Shown piece by piece: positions 25,700 to 38,281 of a stretch of DNA of 58,512 nt. Under the pieces are notes generated by a model. That model was given only the letters and a program-made list of their open reading frames with translations, was not told the origin of the DNA and did no database searches. Origin of the DNA: Pelomyxa schiedti. Taxonomy: Eukaryota; Protista; Evosea. The stretch spans positions 1 to 58,512 of the forward strand of contig JAHLWZ010000887.1 in NCBI GenBank assembly GCA_020536535.1, in the 5' to 3' direction. Within the stretch, counting starts at the first letter, position 1. Every line of letters starts with the position of its first letter. The position numbers and the translations under genes are program-made.

Positions 25700-26896
25700 A
25701 TGTTTCTTGTTCCCATTTTCCTTTCCCTCCCCTTTAGTAGGTCACAAGGTGAAAATCTAGAGTCTACCAAGACGTTGGACCTTTCCCACCTGAATTTGGA
25801 GTCTGTTCCAGAGCAAATTGCAGGAATCACTTGCCAAAAGTTGGACCTTCGTGATAACCCAATCTTGAATCTGCCGCCGTGGCTGTTCCAAGCCAACATC
25901 TGCAATGTTCTACTGGATGACCAGAAAATCCCTGAACCCAGAAGCATGGAAGCCCATTTCCCTGTAATTTATATACAACATTCGTTCAAAATGCACAAGA
26001 AATCTGAGAAGAACCTGGATAGCATGGAACTTGGGTATCCAGTTTCTTTTCGGATCTCATTTCTCTTAAGGATTCGACGAACAAATTATTGGACATCCAT
26101 TTTTCCCATGCTTCGTCAGCAGCAAGTCTGTTTTCATACTAAAGGTATGTCTCAGACAGTAGCAGAACAAGTGATGCCAGTGATCTCTGTCTTGAAGGAG
26201 ATCCCAAAGCATGACAATGTTGTCAACTACACTAGGGAACTTGGTGCCACTCACTGAACCGTTTCCTCTCACAATTCCCCCAAGGTAAGAGGTTTCTTCA
26301 TAAATCAACCAACACAAACAAGATTGCTCATTTGGGTCAGCTGTCACAGAGTGCTGCGAAACAACGGAACAGTAACAACTTCTTTCCGGGCCCTGAGCTT
26401 CGTGGTTATCCTAAAGCAGATGTATGGAACTTTGGTATGCACCTCTCTACTCCTCCTTTTCATTTTGCGGCACTTATATAATAATTTTTCAATCATTGCA
26501 GGAACTCTGGTCCACCAAGTGGTCGATCCACTCTATTCACTCGTTGAACTGGAGTTTCCCCTCCCTCCCATAGTAGTAGCAACAGCTTTTTCAACAGCAA
26601 CAGCGGTGAACCAAAGCAGCCTAGTGAATCCACACCAAACCACAAGAATCAAGGTGGATAGGGCTGTCTACAGCACCACAGTGGCAAGGGGACAGTTCAC
26701 TCCAATATTCAACACATCTGTAGGAATTCCAGAGGAAACTTCCATGCCTGGGACCTATGCTCCAACACTCACTAAAACCATCCTCCTAATTAGGCCCGTA
26801 ATGGTTGATTGGAGAAGGCCTAGGTCCCGCAACTTCGATGCCAAAATGAAATTCAACCCACAAAATCAAAAGAGTAAAAACGAGGGCGGAGAAAAG
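25700..26896 (+). CDS. LRR-containing protein (right copy; boundaries uncertain)
   Basis: Mirror of the left LRR gene. Confidence 0.55.
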
Positions 26897-26913
26897 GAAT
26901 TTTTCCATGTGTG

Positions 26914-29232
26914 TTACTCGTCATCCTCAACCCATACGGTTTCGGGGGGAATCTCTGGATCAACTTCTACGAGTTCCACATCTTCCTCAGCTTCTGGAAC
27001 CGCAACAGCTTCCTCCTGTACATCATGTTCCTCCAGGCCACTACTTTCTTTGCACACAGCATAGAGAGCCTCGAGTCTAGAAACAACTCCCTCCATTGTT
27101 GGCCTCTGGGTGTGACGTTAGGTTTTAACTTGGCAATTGGCCCGTACCTTCTCTGGCTGGGCATCCAAGCATTCCTCTATCAGATCGATCTGAGTGCAAC
27201 TTAGAGGTAGGGAAAAAAAATTTGGAACGAACCAAAGGTTGAGGAGTCAAAGCCCCTTTGTCGGGTCCCTTAGGTACAACTTTGGGTACCGTGGGCCTCT
27301 TGCCTCCTATCACAGCATCCTGAAGTGCATCGACAGCCGCGTAATATTTTGGACCCTCGAAATCTTCTGCGCACAAACCATTGAAATACTCGGGGAAGAC
27401 CGGGGTTTCATCCAACAATTCGTACAACAGCATTCCAAATGCATATCTGAGAACAAAAAAAATGAGCTAAAACGAAGGAATACCCACGTTGGTGTGCACA
27501 TACACGTCCAGTTTGTATGTTGTAGCTTCAACCCCGCCTATCATTACCTCTGGTCCCAGGTATTCGTCTTGGGGAATTAGTACTAAATCTTTGTGCAGTG
27601 TAGAACTGTTACATGTTCCAGGAGGTTCGTCAGCTTCAAACGAAAAGGGGAACCGCTTCCCGGATCCCAGGTCTGCCACCTTTTTAATTTCGTTAGCCAG
27701 CACCGCATTGCATGGCGTAATTACCTTAACAGTGAAGTAGCCGTCAACCAGACAATTAGCGGGTTTCAGGTCTCTGTGTTTTAAGTTAGAAAACGAAAAA
27801 AAGAAATGATGATCAGACCTGTGCACAACTCTGGCGTGATTATGGAGCCAGGAGACCCCTCGAGCCTGGTGAAAAAGAAAAATTAATACTTCTTTCAGTC
27901 ATGGAGTCTCACCACTCCCAGTGCAAGCTTGATCTTTATTACTAGTGGCCAGCCATCTTTCCATTGGGCTCGGAGTTTCTCTGGTAGCTCTTTTTTATCA
28001 ATGCTGTGCAGTACCTTGCGTAAGTCGGTGTCGCACCACTCAAGAATGATAATCTTCCTTCCCTCATGGACACAGACACCTGGCAAGGAACCAATTTTAG
28101 ATTATCCCACTAAGAAACAAGGGAATGTACCTTGCAGATGAACAACATTATTCCCTGTGCAGCGCCTTAGAAGACTGATTTCCTGGAAGAACTTTTCGTT
28201 TGTTGTTTCTGGGGCCAACATCTTCACTGCCACGGGGCATCCCCACAATTTTGCTGCATTAAGATGAGATTAGAATAGACTGTGTGACCCAACAAAGAGC
28301 ATTGAACCTTCGAGAACAATTCCAAAGGTACCCTGCCCCAGTTCCTTTGTTGCTGCGGGGAACTTGATGTCATTCCAGGATTCTATTACATATCCAAGGC
28401 CCTCAAGTTGAAGTACCAGAGCGTCATCCTCTGGAAATCGTACTGGGGGTGGAGATAGTACGGGTTCTCGAGCATGTTCTTCAGAGGACTGCAGGCCACC
28501 ACTTGGCTCTGGGGGGTATTGGGGTGCTCGCTGAACATGGACAGCAGCGGCACTACTTGCGGATGCACTTTCTTTTTCACTGTGCTGCATCACAACAACA
28601 GGTTGAAGGATGCCATTTCCCTCTTTGTAGGCTGCAACAGAAGCTTCAGGGGTTTTGAAGGAAATGAATGTATTCCATGAACTATACTGAAAACTCACTC
28701 GCACTCTGTCAAATAAAGATTAGTATCTGTATCTCGCCAACAACGAATAAAAACAATCCAAGTGAGTAATAACAAACATAGGTAGGATTGAGGATAGATA
28801 GATTACGGCGGCGTACACGTTATTATGGTACAAGTCTTTGATTCGAGGAACGGAGAGTTGGCCTATCGATCGATCTTGCGTGACCAAAGTCTTGAATTCA
28901 CCACGATTACTGACCCAATCATAGCAAGACAGTCCCGCCAGTACTTTCCTGTCGTCCGAGTTCCTCGATATCACGCAAGGCACCCTTGGCTGTTGCTGCT
29001 GCTCTTTTCTAGGGAACCACTCCAGTGGTTGCACCTGCTGCACCGGCATTATGGGCCGCCGCGGCTTCGTGCTCACCGCCGTGGCGCCAAGGGGGATGGG
29101 GAGGAGGCCATCACCGCGACCGCCGACTGGTTGAGAGGGGGAGTCGAGGACGCCGTTCGCGGCCGCTGATGGACTCGACACCCCGGGATACGGGCCGATA
29201 CCTCGCCCACGACCGAGGCCGCGGCGCAACAT
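26914..29232 (-). CDS. TKL-like protein kinase (right copy)
   Basis: Mirror of 654..2972. Confidence 0.9.
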
Positions 29233-29585
29233 CAAAGTTTCTAAAAAAAAAGTACATGAATAAATTCTTTCTTAGGTTGTTGCAAGTCCATCTTTGAGAC
29301 TGGGATCCAGGGGAGGCTAGGGGTTACAGCAGTAACAACGTTCCCGCAGTCGCGTTACATGTAAAACACAAGGTCACGGTTGACCACGGGAAATTCCCAA
29401 ATCTTAAAATGGCACAAAAAAAGGAAATAAGGAAAAATAAAAATTATAACAAAAAACAATAAGGAAAAATAAAAATGAAAACAAAAGACAAGTGCGAAAG
29501 CAACAGCACCGCCGGCAATGCAGCAAGCCGTACTCCGGCAAAGCAAAGGAAAGCACGTAAGAACCAAAGAGCCACGTAAACCTCG

Positions 29586-29885
29586 TATTCTCCTATTCCT
29601 CCTCCTATTCTCCTTCAATTTGGGCGATTCCCAAGCTCTATGTTTGTTGTTCTCTGCCTCCTATTCTCCTTCAATTTGGGCGATTCCCAAGCTCTATGTT
29701 TGTGTTCTCTACTTCCTCCTCCTATTCTCCTTCAATTTGGGCGATTCCCAAGCTCTCTGTTCTCTACTCTATTCTCCTATTCTCCTTCAAATTTGGGCGA
29801 TTCCCAAGCTCTACTCTATTCTCCTATTCTCCTTCAATTTTGGGCGATTCCCAAGCTCTCTGTTCTCTACTCTATTCTCCTATTC
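29586..29885 (-). repeat. Hairpin minisatellite (right copy of 1-300)
   Basis: Five copies of tcctattctccttcaatttgggcgattcccaagctct, two with single-base insertions. Confidence 0.9.
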
Positions 29886-30353
29886 CTCCTCCATTTCTCC
29901 CAATTCGCGGCCTTTTTCCCTTCTTCCTCTTCCTCTTTGCCAATTCCAGATTCAGCATCAAATATGTTAACCCCTATCGTGTATTGGCACGGGTGGAGAG
30001 TCGAAGAATTACATGGAAGGGGTGCGAAGTCCCACGGAATGTGTGGTTGGGTGTACATCGCCGCCGATTGGTTTTTAAAAACCCTTATTTTTCGCTTAAC
30101 TGGGATGTATCCCAGACATTGAAAACGATTTAGTTTCTTGCCATACCTGCCACTACCAAGAAGTCATGGGCAGTCAGTACTGTTCTGTTTGTGGATCCCA
30201 GGTGTATGAAGGTTAAAAACTGATTTAGCTCAGCCTACGAAAGGAAGAGATTTTTGTTTTTTCAAGGCATACACAAATGACCAGTTAGAACAAACAAAGA
30301 ATCACTTCGAACTACGCCGCGCTGCCTTCACAACAATAATGTTTTTCTTCATC

Positions 30354-33300
30354 TCAACCAAACAGGTCAAATCCTATTTCTGGGAGTGCTTCAATGGGGT
30401 CCTCTATTGCCGTAGAGTTGTCAGATATGAGCTTGAGGGCTTCTTGTGTGAGGGCATGTTCTTCCCCAAAGGCGGCCTTTCTGATCTTGTAGGCCTCTTC
30501 TAGCTGCGGGATGTAAGTCGCCTCCAACTCCCCAGCGCATATTTCACATGAGGCAAGGTTGACCAAGTCAGAAGCTATTGTGGGATGATCACCTTTGTAC
30601 ACCTGCCGGTTTATTGCCAAAGCCTGTTTGAAAAGGCTTACAGCTCGTGGGAAGTCCTCCCTTCTTTTGAATACATTGGCTAGGTTGGTGAACCTAATTG
30701 CATTTGATAAGCAAAGCAAGCTGGATTTATAACTTGGACTATGCATACGCAATTGCGGTTTTTGGGTGAGCTTCCCCTTGCAGCCTTTTCCTCATTTCAA
30801 TTGTTTGTTCATACAACTGGACCGCTTCTTCTAGTTTCCCCATGTCATAATATACCTTGTGAAGTCACGTGACTTCTGGATTGAGACATGTGCACTGATA
30901 CCTGTCCCATGTTGGAAGTTACATCTGCGATATCAACATGTTGGTCTCCATACAGCTTCTTCAGAATAGCAAGTGCCTCCTTGTAGAGAGGAAGACTGTC
31001 CCAGTGCCTCTTCCCATGGTGGAAGTACAGGCCAGCCAGGTTATTGAGGCTATTATTTGTTTTAAGGAAACAAGTAAGGTAAAATACAAAAAAAAACCTG
31101 TGTGCTATCAAGTCTGGTGGGCACCCTCTAGTTTTGCGTTTTATTTCCAGTGATTTTTTATGGTTAGCCTCAGATAGATCAATTTCCCCCTTTTTTTCAT
31201 ACAATCTACCAAGTAAATTGAGTGCATAAGCGTGGGTAACATTGAATCCGAAGTGGAACTAATCAACATGGTGAGAAGGAGTGTGGCTTATAGGGACATA
31301 CAGGCTCACTCATTGCCTGAGACGTAGTGGCAAAACTGAGTCCATCATCATACCGTGCTAAATAATACATCAACTCGCCGACACGGAAGTATCTATATGC
31401 TAAATCCTCTTTTTCCACAGAGGTCTGCGATGTAGCAAGGGTTAGTCACAAAAGAGGATGTGAGTAATGGGTTTGCCATTTTGTCTAAGGTGGCGTGGTA
31501 TAGCTTTGCCATGGAATCATCTTTGGCAGTGGCGTACCAGAACTTGTAAAGTGTGTATTTAGTTTCATCATTATACCAAAAGTCGAATGTTTCCCACAGG
31601 GATAGACAGCGTGCTAATCGGTCTTTTTCTTGCATTTCCTTATGGCAGTGTAAAAAACGCACTAAATATTTAAGAAGGTACACACCAGTAAGATTACTGG
31701 TAGCACTCTTGCTCGGCGCGTTGGTTCGACTTGATCAGATTCAAATAAAGTGGCCACAAGTGTCAGACACGCCTTGGGAACAATGGAAGAGAAAACTGAG
31801 TCCCTAATAAGAGAAGGGAGAAATTTCTGGAACCCAGCAAAACCTTTTTTAAAGAGACTATGTGCAAAGGTGAGAGAGCTCCCTTCTGCAGATTTTGCAA
31901 GGAAAACTGAGAGAGATTGCCTTCAGGTGTGTTGGATTGTTACAAAGAATAGATACTAGTTCTTACCTTAGGGAAACAAACTCTGATGGGGAAATTCCGA
32001 GTGCCATCTGCATTTCCAGTTCATACAATACTGAGAACCCATATCAGTCAAAGCAATAAAAGAAAAATGGGCCTAACACTCAGGGCAGTGTGTCAATATT
32101 CCGAGAAAGTTGTCTACTGCTACGGCACTATTTTCCCCTTTGATCCGATTGTATATTTGCTTAGCAGAAGTGAGCACGAATTGTGCTTGCCACTTTCATT
32201 TTAGGAACTGCAAAAGTGAAAGGGCCACAAGAGGTAGTAAACATCATTGAAATATTAGGCCAATCTGAGAGCCACCAGTCGGGCACTGGATGCTGGGAAC
32301 GGTTAATGTTTTCGTTATAAGGGGAGTAACAAACGTCAGAGCTTTCTAGGGTATCTGTGTCATCAATACAAAGTAAAAATTTCTTGGGTAACTTGGATAA
32401 CTTCCCAATAATACCCATTGCTATGCTGTGTATAGAATCTTCTTCACCTTCAAGGCGCTTAAGACCACCCCATTCCTACAACACAAATGTCAATCGATTT
32501 GCACAAACGAGTAATACAACCATGCATATTTCAATAAATTCATACTGGTTTTCGAGCCTGGTCCGCCCCTGCAAAATGTACCAGCACTTTCCACTTGAAA
32601 TCCTTATGGGATTGTTCATCACCACTAAAAGACTGTATTTGTAGGAACCTTTAGAGCTTCTTGTTCAATTTCAGATAGAAGTGTAGACTTGCCAGAACCA
32701 GCACTCCCAGTAATTTGAATTATGACTGGATGGGAGTCCCTGAGGACAGAGAGAGCAAGCTGAACAGAACCAGTGGTATCATGAACACCTTACTGAGAAA
32801 TAAGCGTGGAACCATTGCAGAGTAAGGGTGAGTATTAGAACATAGTCTAGTTTTGTTTTCCAGCATGGAAGTATGTGGGAGTTTTGCCAGGAGGACAGGT
32901 TCTGGAGAAATGTGATCTTCAGGGTGCTGTTGTGAGATTGAAGTTTTTAAGAAGTTAAGCACCTATGGGTTTATTTTAGTTTATGGATTAAATAGGATTT
33001 GCATAATACTGTTGCCTCGAAGTCCTCCATGTTGATCATTACAGGTTTTCCATTGGCTCCAACGTGGGAGAAAGTGCATGAATAGTAAAAACAGCTTGCA
33101 GGGAACCAAGATCTGACCTTAATTCCCAGGAAGTCACCACAATGAAAAAATACACTAAGAAGGAAACACCTTTCTTCGAAGTTGGTCGACAAATTTGTTG
33201 TGTTCTGCAGTGTCTTCTTTAAATTGGGGAAGAATTTCTCTTGGCAGTCTTGAAATTGACGAGGGATCACGCAACATGAAAACTGCATTCGGTGTACGTG

Positions 33301-34160
33301 TCCGACAGACTCCAGGTAATATTTCCATTCCAGTTACAGAAAAGCCATCAATCCAATGGTACCTTGCTTGAGATATTGGTCAATTACTGGAGGAACTTGG
33401 TCATGTGTAGGTATCCAGCCACACCGACCACCAAGCAGTGATACAAAAAATGGGTGCCCATTTTCACTGATGCCTCTATCAAGCTCTCCCAAACACACCC
33501 ATAGAGTATCACCCAATGCAGAGTCCTTGGGAACACCCCACCTCAAATCACATTCAACCAAGCAAGTGCAAACGCCTCTCAGAACACCATTTTCTTAGAA
33601 CTGGAAACACTCGTTTCACAAGGCATTCTCTTTCACTGTGCATATCTGCAAATGTGCTTGACACAAACACCCTGACAGTCTTCCACCCACGCAAACTGCT
33701 CATTAAAGGCGTTACAGTTCCAACTCTCATTGGTCCACAAGTCTCCTCAGCCTTTTTATTATTTTGGTTTTGTGGAAGCTCTGGAACTATTAATACTATT
33801 TTCTCACTATATTGTATTATTGAATCCCAGTGATACCTGCAGGAATGCAGGTGCCCATAATGTTGTTTTGCCCGGCTCCTCTGCCTTCTCCGGTGCGGCA
33901 CTCACACTCGAATCTGGTGCCGGTGTCACGAGAGGCGGCGAGGCCGCGATGGCAGCATAATAATTCCCTGCCGTGGGTGCAGTAACGGCGCGCCGTGACG
34001 TCGTTGAGGGTAGTCGATGATGGTCTTTTCCTTTCACGACGTGCCTCAGTCCATTTGCAGTTATGGGAGACGCCTCCGTGGACGACGGAGGTGGCGTCAA
34101 CCCCAGAAACGACAGATTCCCTCCAACAAGCGTCTGTCGTCCCTGAACCAACAGGTTCAT
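30354..34160 (-). CDS. DUF4062 plus P-loop NTPase (STAND/NACHT-like) plus TPR protein, NPHP3/TEP1-like architecture
   Basis: WKTVRVFVSSTFADMHSERECLV...VECDLRWGV (DUF4062). Walker A ITGSAGSGKSTLL at ~32675-32715 and Walker B-like FLLCIDDTD. C-terminal TPRs SLNNLAGLY, YKEALAILKKLYGDQHVDIA and FKQALAINRQVYKGDHPTIA. Start codon uncertain. Confidence 0.85.
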
Positions 34161-34220
34161 GTTTTACGGTAAAAGCGTGTTTTGTAGAATGCTAAGTCGG
34201 CAAAGTTTGGGGGTCAAATA

Positions 34221-34971
34221 CAGTGGTTTGCAAAAGTCGTGAAAAAATTTTGAAAAAAAAATTGACCTGGGCAGAGGCAGGGTGGTGTTGGCCGCAGAAA
34301 AGTCGCAGGCAACTCGTGTGTTGGAGTCCAAACAAGGAAACCCCATCCGTAACAACTTTCGCGGCATTTGTTTACTCATCAGAGAACCCGCGATTTTTAA
34401 TTACGCATCGGGTTGCGGGCGTCCCGACGCTGGTGAAGAGTGACAACAGTTACGATGCACTGCACCGGGGCCCGGTAACGGTGTCACTGGCGATCTCACA
34501 GAAAAACGTTCATGAGCGGTGCACGATGCACAGCCTCGCTTTGGCCCAATGTAGGCAACAAGCCCCCATGAAGGCACCCCAACACCCGCGCCACAGACTG
34601 CCACACCAACACACGTAACTGCACAGTAAGTATCGGGGCCGTTGGCAACAGAAAAACAATTTGTGTGATTGTTCCTACACTGAACACCCAGGGATGCTGT
34701 GCACCCAATAGAATGCGCAGCAGCACAAAACGACACACTTTGGTACTGCATTGGAAACCGCACAACGGTCCCGACATCAACTTGGTTTCGGCTTGTTGCA
34801 CCTGTTACGATCCATCAATGTCAAATGTTGCGAAAGTTGTTACGGATGGGGTTTCCTTGTTTGGACTCCAACACACGAGTTGCCTGCGACTTTTCTGCGG
34901 CCAACACCACCCTGCCTCTGCCCAGGTCAATTTTTTTTTCAAAATTTTTTCACGACTTTTGCAAACCACTG
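34221..34971. mobile_element. Non-autonomous Tc1/mariner-type DNA transposon (MITE), 751 bp
   Basis: Perfect 142-bp terminal inverted repeats (34221-34362 / 34830-34971; 150 bp with 2 mismatches). Termini are CAGTG...CACTG, with TA on both sides (34219-20, 34972-73). No transposase ORF. Confidence 0.9.
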
Positions 34972-35899
34972 TAACTCCAATTTCTTGGTTTTTGACACAA
35001 CGCTGTAGATTGTACCATTCTGCGAAATCTGTTACTAACTTGTGGTCCGGAGCCAAGGTTTTAACGCTTTCGGGGTCGTTTTGGCTCAGGTGCTGTGGCA
35101 GTCTCCTTGGGAATGGGTGCCACTTGTGAAGCTGAAGGTCTGTGTTTGCGTGGCTGTTGCTGAGGAACAGCTTGTGCTTGATTTTCTTTGAGAGAAGCCA
35201 CAGTTGTTTCCATGTTTCCAGTTTTTGCAGCCCAGTCAGAGATGGCTTTCCTTCGTGCATTTGCAGATGACTTTCCTGCAAGCTGTAGGTCTGTGTCAGT
35301 GAGATGCAGCTTGTAATGTCACCAGCAATTCAGAAGAGAAATGAGAAATCCCCAGATATGCTATAAACAGTTAAAACAAAAAAAAAACTTGTGTACTTCC
35401 ACAAAGTACATGAACTCAGCCTTGCTAGCAAGGCTCTGAAGTCTGGCACACTTTAGTGGGATTGGAGAGATTGAGGACTGAGCCGAATCTGGACCATTAC
35501 CAGAATGAGACAGCGAAGGTAATGATCAGTGCACAGCACAGCTGGGCACACAAATACAGCAACAATGTGGCAGGCGGTTTTGATTACATGCACACTTGTC
35601 TGAGAATCCATTTGAACATCACAGCCTTTTAACCCAATCACACAACCACTCTGCGAGATTTCACACACTCCCTTTTTACCCCCTTACAACAACAACGACC
35701 AAACAAACAAGAGAACATTCTTTATTCTCTTCACTCTCACTTGTTTTCTTCCTCTGTGGGACTTATTCTCGAGCCCACAGAAGCTAACAAACTGTGGTAC
35801 CTACCCTTTTTTGGTGGTTTTAGCACTGAAGTTGTTGTGGTTGTCGGTGAAGGTGTCAGTGTTTTCCTCTATGAAGTCTTCACCAAAAACCTCAGTTAG

Positions 35900-37100
35900 G
35901 GGCAAAGGTTTTTGAGAAATAAGGTAAAAAGGTATTTGATAAAAACACTGTTAAACTTCTTATGAGCATCCAACGTCTGTTGCTTCTCATCTTGCAAGAT
36001 CTTTGATCCTTAAAAAAGATCACACATTTGTTGCTGAGTTTCAATCTGTTGTTTCATGATAGTAATCAGCTGGGAATGTGCTGCATCAATGTTGGCCAGC
36101 TCCTTGTCATGTGCTTCAATTGTCTTGGTCAGAAGGTGGTCAAACTGAGTTTGTTGAGTGGCCATTGCAATGTCATGTGTGTATTGAAGGCTTTGTGAAA
36201 ACTTTTCAGGCATAAGCAAGCTGTGCTTTCAACATTGTGATTTGATCTTGAAGTGCCCCTGTGCATCACAAGGAAAAGCCCTGAGGGGGGGTCACATTTT
36301 CCTTTGGAGCCCTCCTCAAGATGTGACAGTTGATGATGAAGAGGTTCCTCCACCAAATGTCTTCCTTGTTTGGTGCCACAATAAGGTTCTCAAAGAACCT
36401 TTTGATGACTTTGTGTTTTGAAAGATCTCAACAAGAAAAACTGGGGTCTTTGCTGCTCACTGTAACTTGCTGTCCAACATGTACTTCCAACTTAGTTTTC
36501 CTATGAGTCTTGGTCCTTTGAAAACATGTGGCAGCAGTCCAGAAGTACTTCCCATCAACTTCAGTAATTCACCCTTGGGTTCCTTTCATTGAAGGCTGGA
36601 AAAGCTTGCCTTTTCTTGATCTCTACTGGCACACGGTGGACAACTCTTGAATTTCCACAAGTTTGAGGGCAAAGAAAGAGGGGTAACTGGATACAGCCCA
36701 GCACTTCACAAGACCTGCATCTGGTCTGCAGTTGCCAATATCAATGCTATCTCTGATAGCACAGGCATCACCTGAAGATGTTATGCTTGAGAGTTTACTT
36801 GACAGAACACTGAGTAAGGTTGCCAGTGTCATCCATCAGATTAAGTGTGTTCACATGTGGAGTCTGATTGTATGTAAAGGTCAAAATGTTGTACCTTTTC
36901 TTTCTTTTTTTTCTGTCTCCCTCTCATGAACTTCCCATGAATTAGATCCTCTGATCACTTCAGTCATCTCCAGCTTTTTGAAAGGAAATAAATTAAAAAG
37001 TATTTGATAAAAACACTGTTAAACTTCTTTGTGCAAGTGACAACAAAGTAGACATTTGGTTCAAAGCATTCCCAGGAGTTTTGGGCATCAGAAGATGACA
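35900..37100 (-). pseudogene. Probable decayed gene or element fragments including a coiled-coil segment
   Basis: Short broken frames (e.g. 36010..36219 coiled-coil-like) and a 30-bp direct repeat at 35932-35961 / 37000-37029. No coherent spliced model found. Confidence 0.3.
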
Positions 37101-38281
37101 GCCTGCCTTGGAACATGTCTGTCTCAGGTGTTTGGGCCACTTGTTGATTGATTGCTCCAGGAAAACATTTCTCCCTCTTTTTGTGTGAATGCAAAACAGC
37201 TGCAACTGGAAGCAAATGCACAAGTTTTACAGTTTATTGTCATGGTAACTATGTCAACCATTTTTTGTATTAAGTGTCTAAGGAGAATGAAGACCTCTCA
37301 GTGATGCTGATGATGGTCACTTATGGAGGCCCTTGGGTGGATGTAAAAGGAAGAAAGGTGCAAAATCTACCATCTTGAAAAAATATGCAGAGACTTGTCA
37401 ACAAGTTTGTAACAACCTTATATTCCTTGATGTATGATCCGGGTAGATAAAACTTGCTGCACAAAATAAACCTGTCTGTGTCATTCTGGATATGTGGTCA
37501 GATTGTACCCAAGATTCTTGGCTATTGTGGAAGCTCCAACTTTTCTCAGGCCGAGAACTCATTGAATATCTGTCCTCCAGAATGTAAAACCTGCCCAGAA
37601 ATTGCTGCAGTTGTTCATGTATTTACTTTTTTCCCACATTTGTTCTAACAACTCAGAAATACCAAAGGGTTGAAACTTTCATGTTGCTGGTATTGTTGCT
37701 GATGGTGCTGGTTTACAAACATGCTCTTTGTCCAGCTTTACCTGCAATTCAGAAGGTTTGTTCTCAGCATTAAAGTCTCTAATCATGTATGTAGTTGCGA
37801 TCTTGGATAACGGAACAAGAGGAGTTCAACTGTGATTGCCTTTAGCAATGTGTGCAGCAGATAAAGCATTTGAAGATGTAGTCATTGGACAACATCCAAA
37901 CCCATCTTTCAGCCAACCTAGTAATTTTCCGCAGTGGACTCTGGCACAGCAAAATCCCAGTGACACATGCAACACCAGCAATAAAATAACAAGCCATACA
38001 AGTCTCGGTTTTTTTTTGTTCTTTTTTTTTCCACACTTTTTTGTTCCCAGCACCTGAAATTGTTAAAAAAAAAAAAAGAAACCATTAATAAGATATATAC
38101 AATACCACACACAAGTGACATGCGGCAACAACATTTGATGAACTTCATGATTTGTGATGGTGGTGTGCTTGTGGTGTTGCTGGAATTGTGGTGGGGGTGT
38201 ATCTGTAAGTCATCTACTGTTCTGCTTCTTCTCTTCTGCCTTCTGCACTTCACTTCTCTTCTGTTCTCTTCTCTTCACTCT

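Larger units (their letters stand above)
1..29885. repeat. Giant inverted duplication (palindrome): arms 1-14933 and 14953-29885, loop 14934-14952
   Basis: ORFs in the arms are mirrored at 29886-x with identical translations (e.g. 7771..9507+ / 20379..22115-). Base 1 onward is the reverse complement of 29885 backward. The only mismatches found are 14915/14971 and 14928/14958; not every base was checked. Confidence 0.98.

Noticed and set aside
26914-27064. Apparent coding overlap between the LRR-side ORF and the kinase 3' end
   Set aside because: The Ser/Thr-rich tail is the antisense of the kinase's acidic tail, and the true end of the LRR gene is unknown.
34223-35281. ORFs in and around the MITE as a possible transposase
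   Set aside because: No HTH or DDE motifs. The peptide text they share comes from the TIRs.
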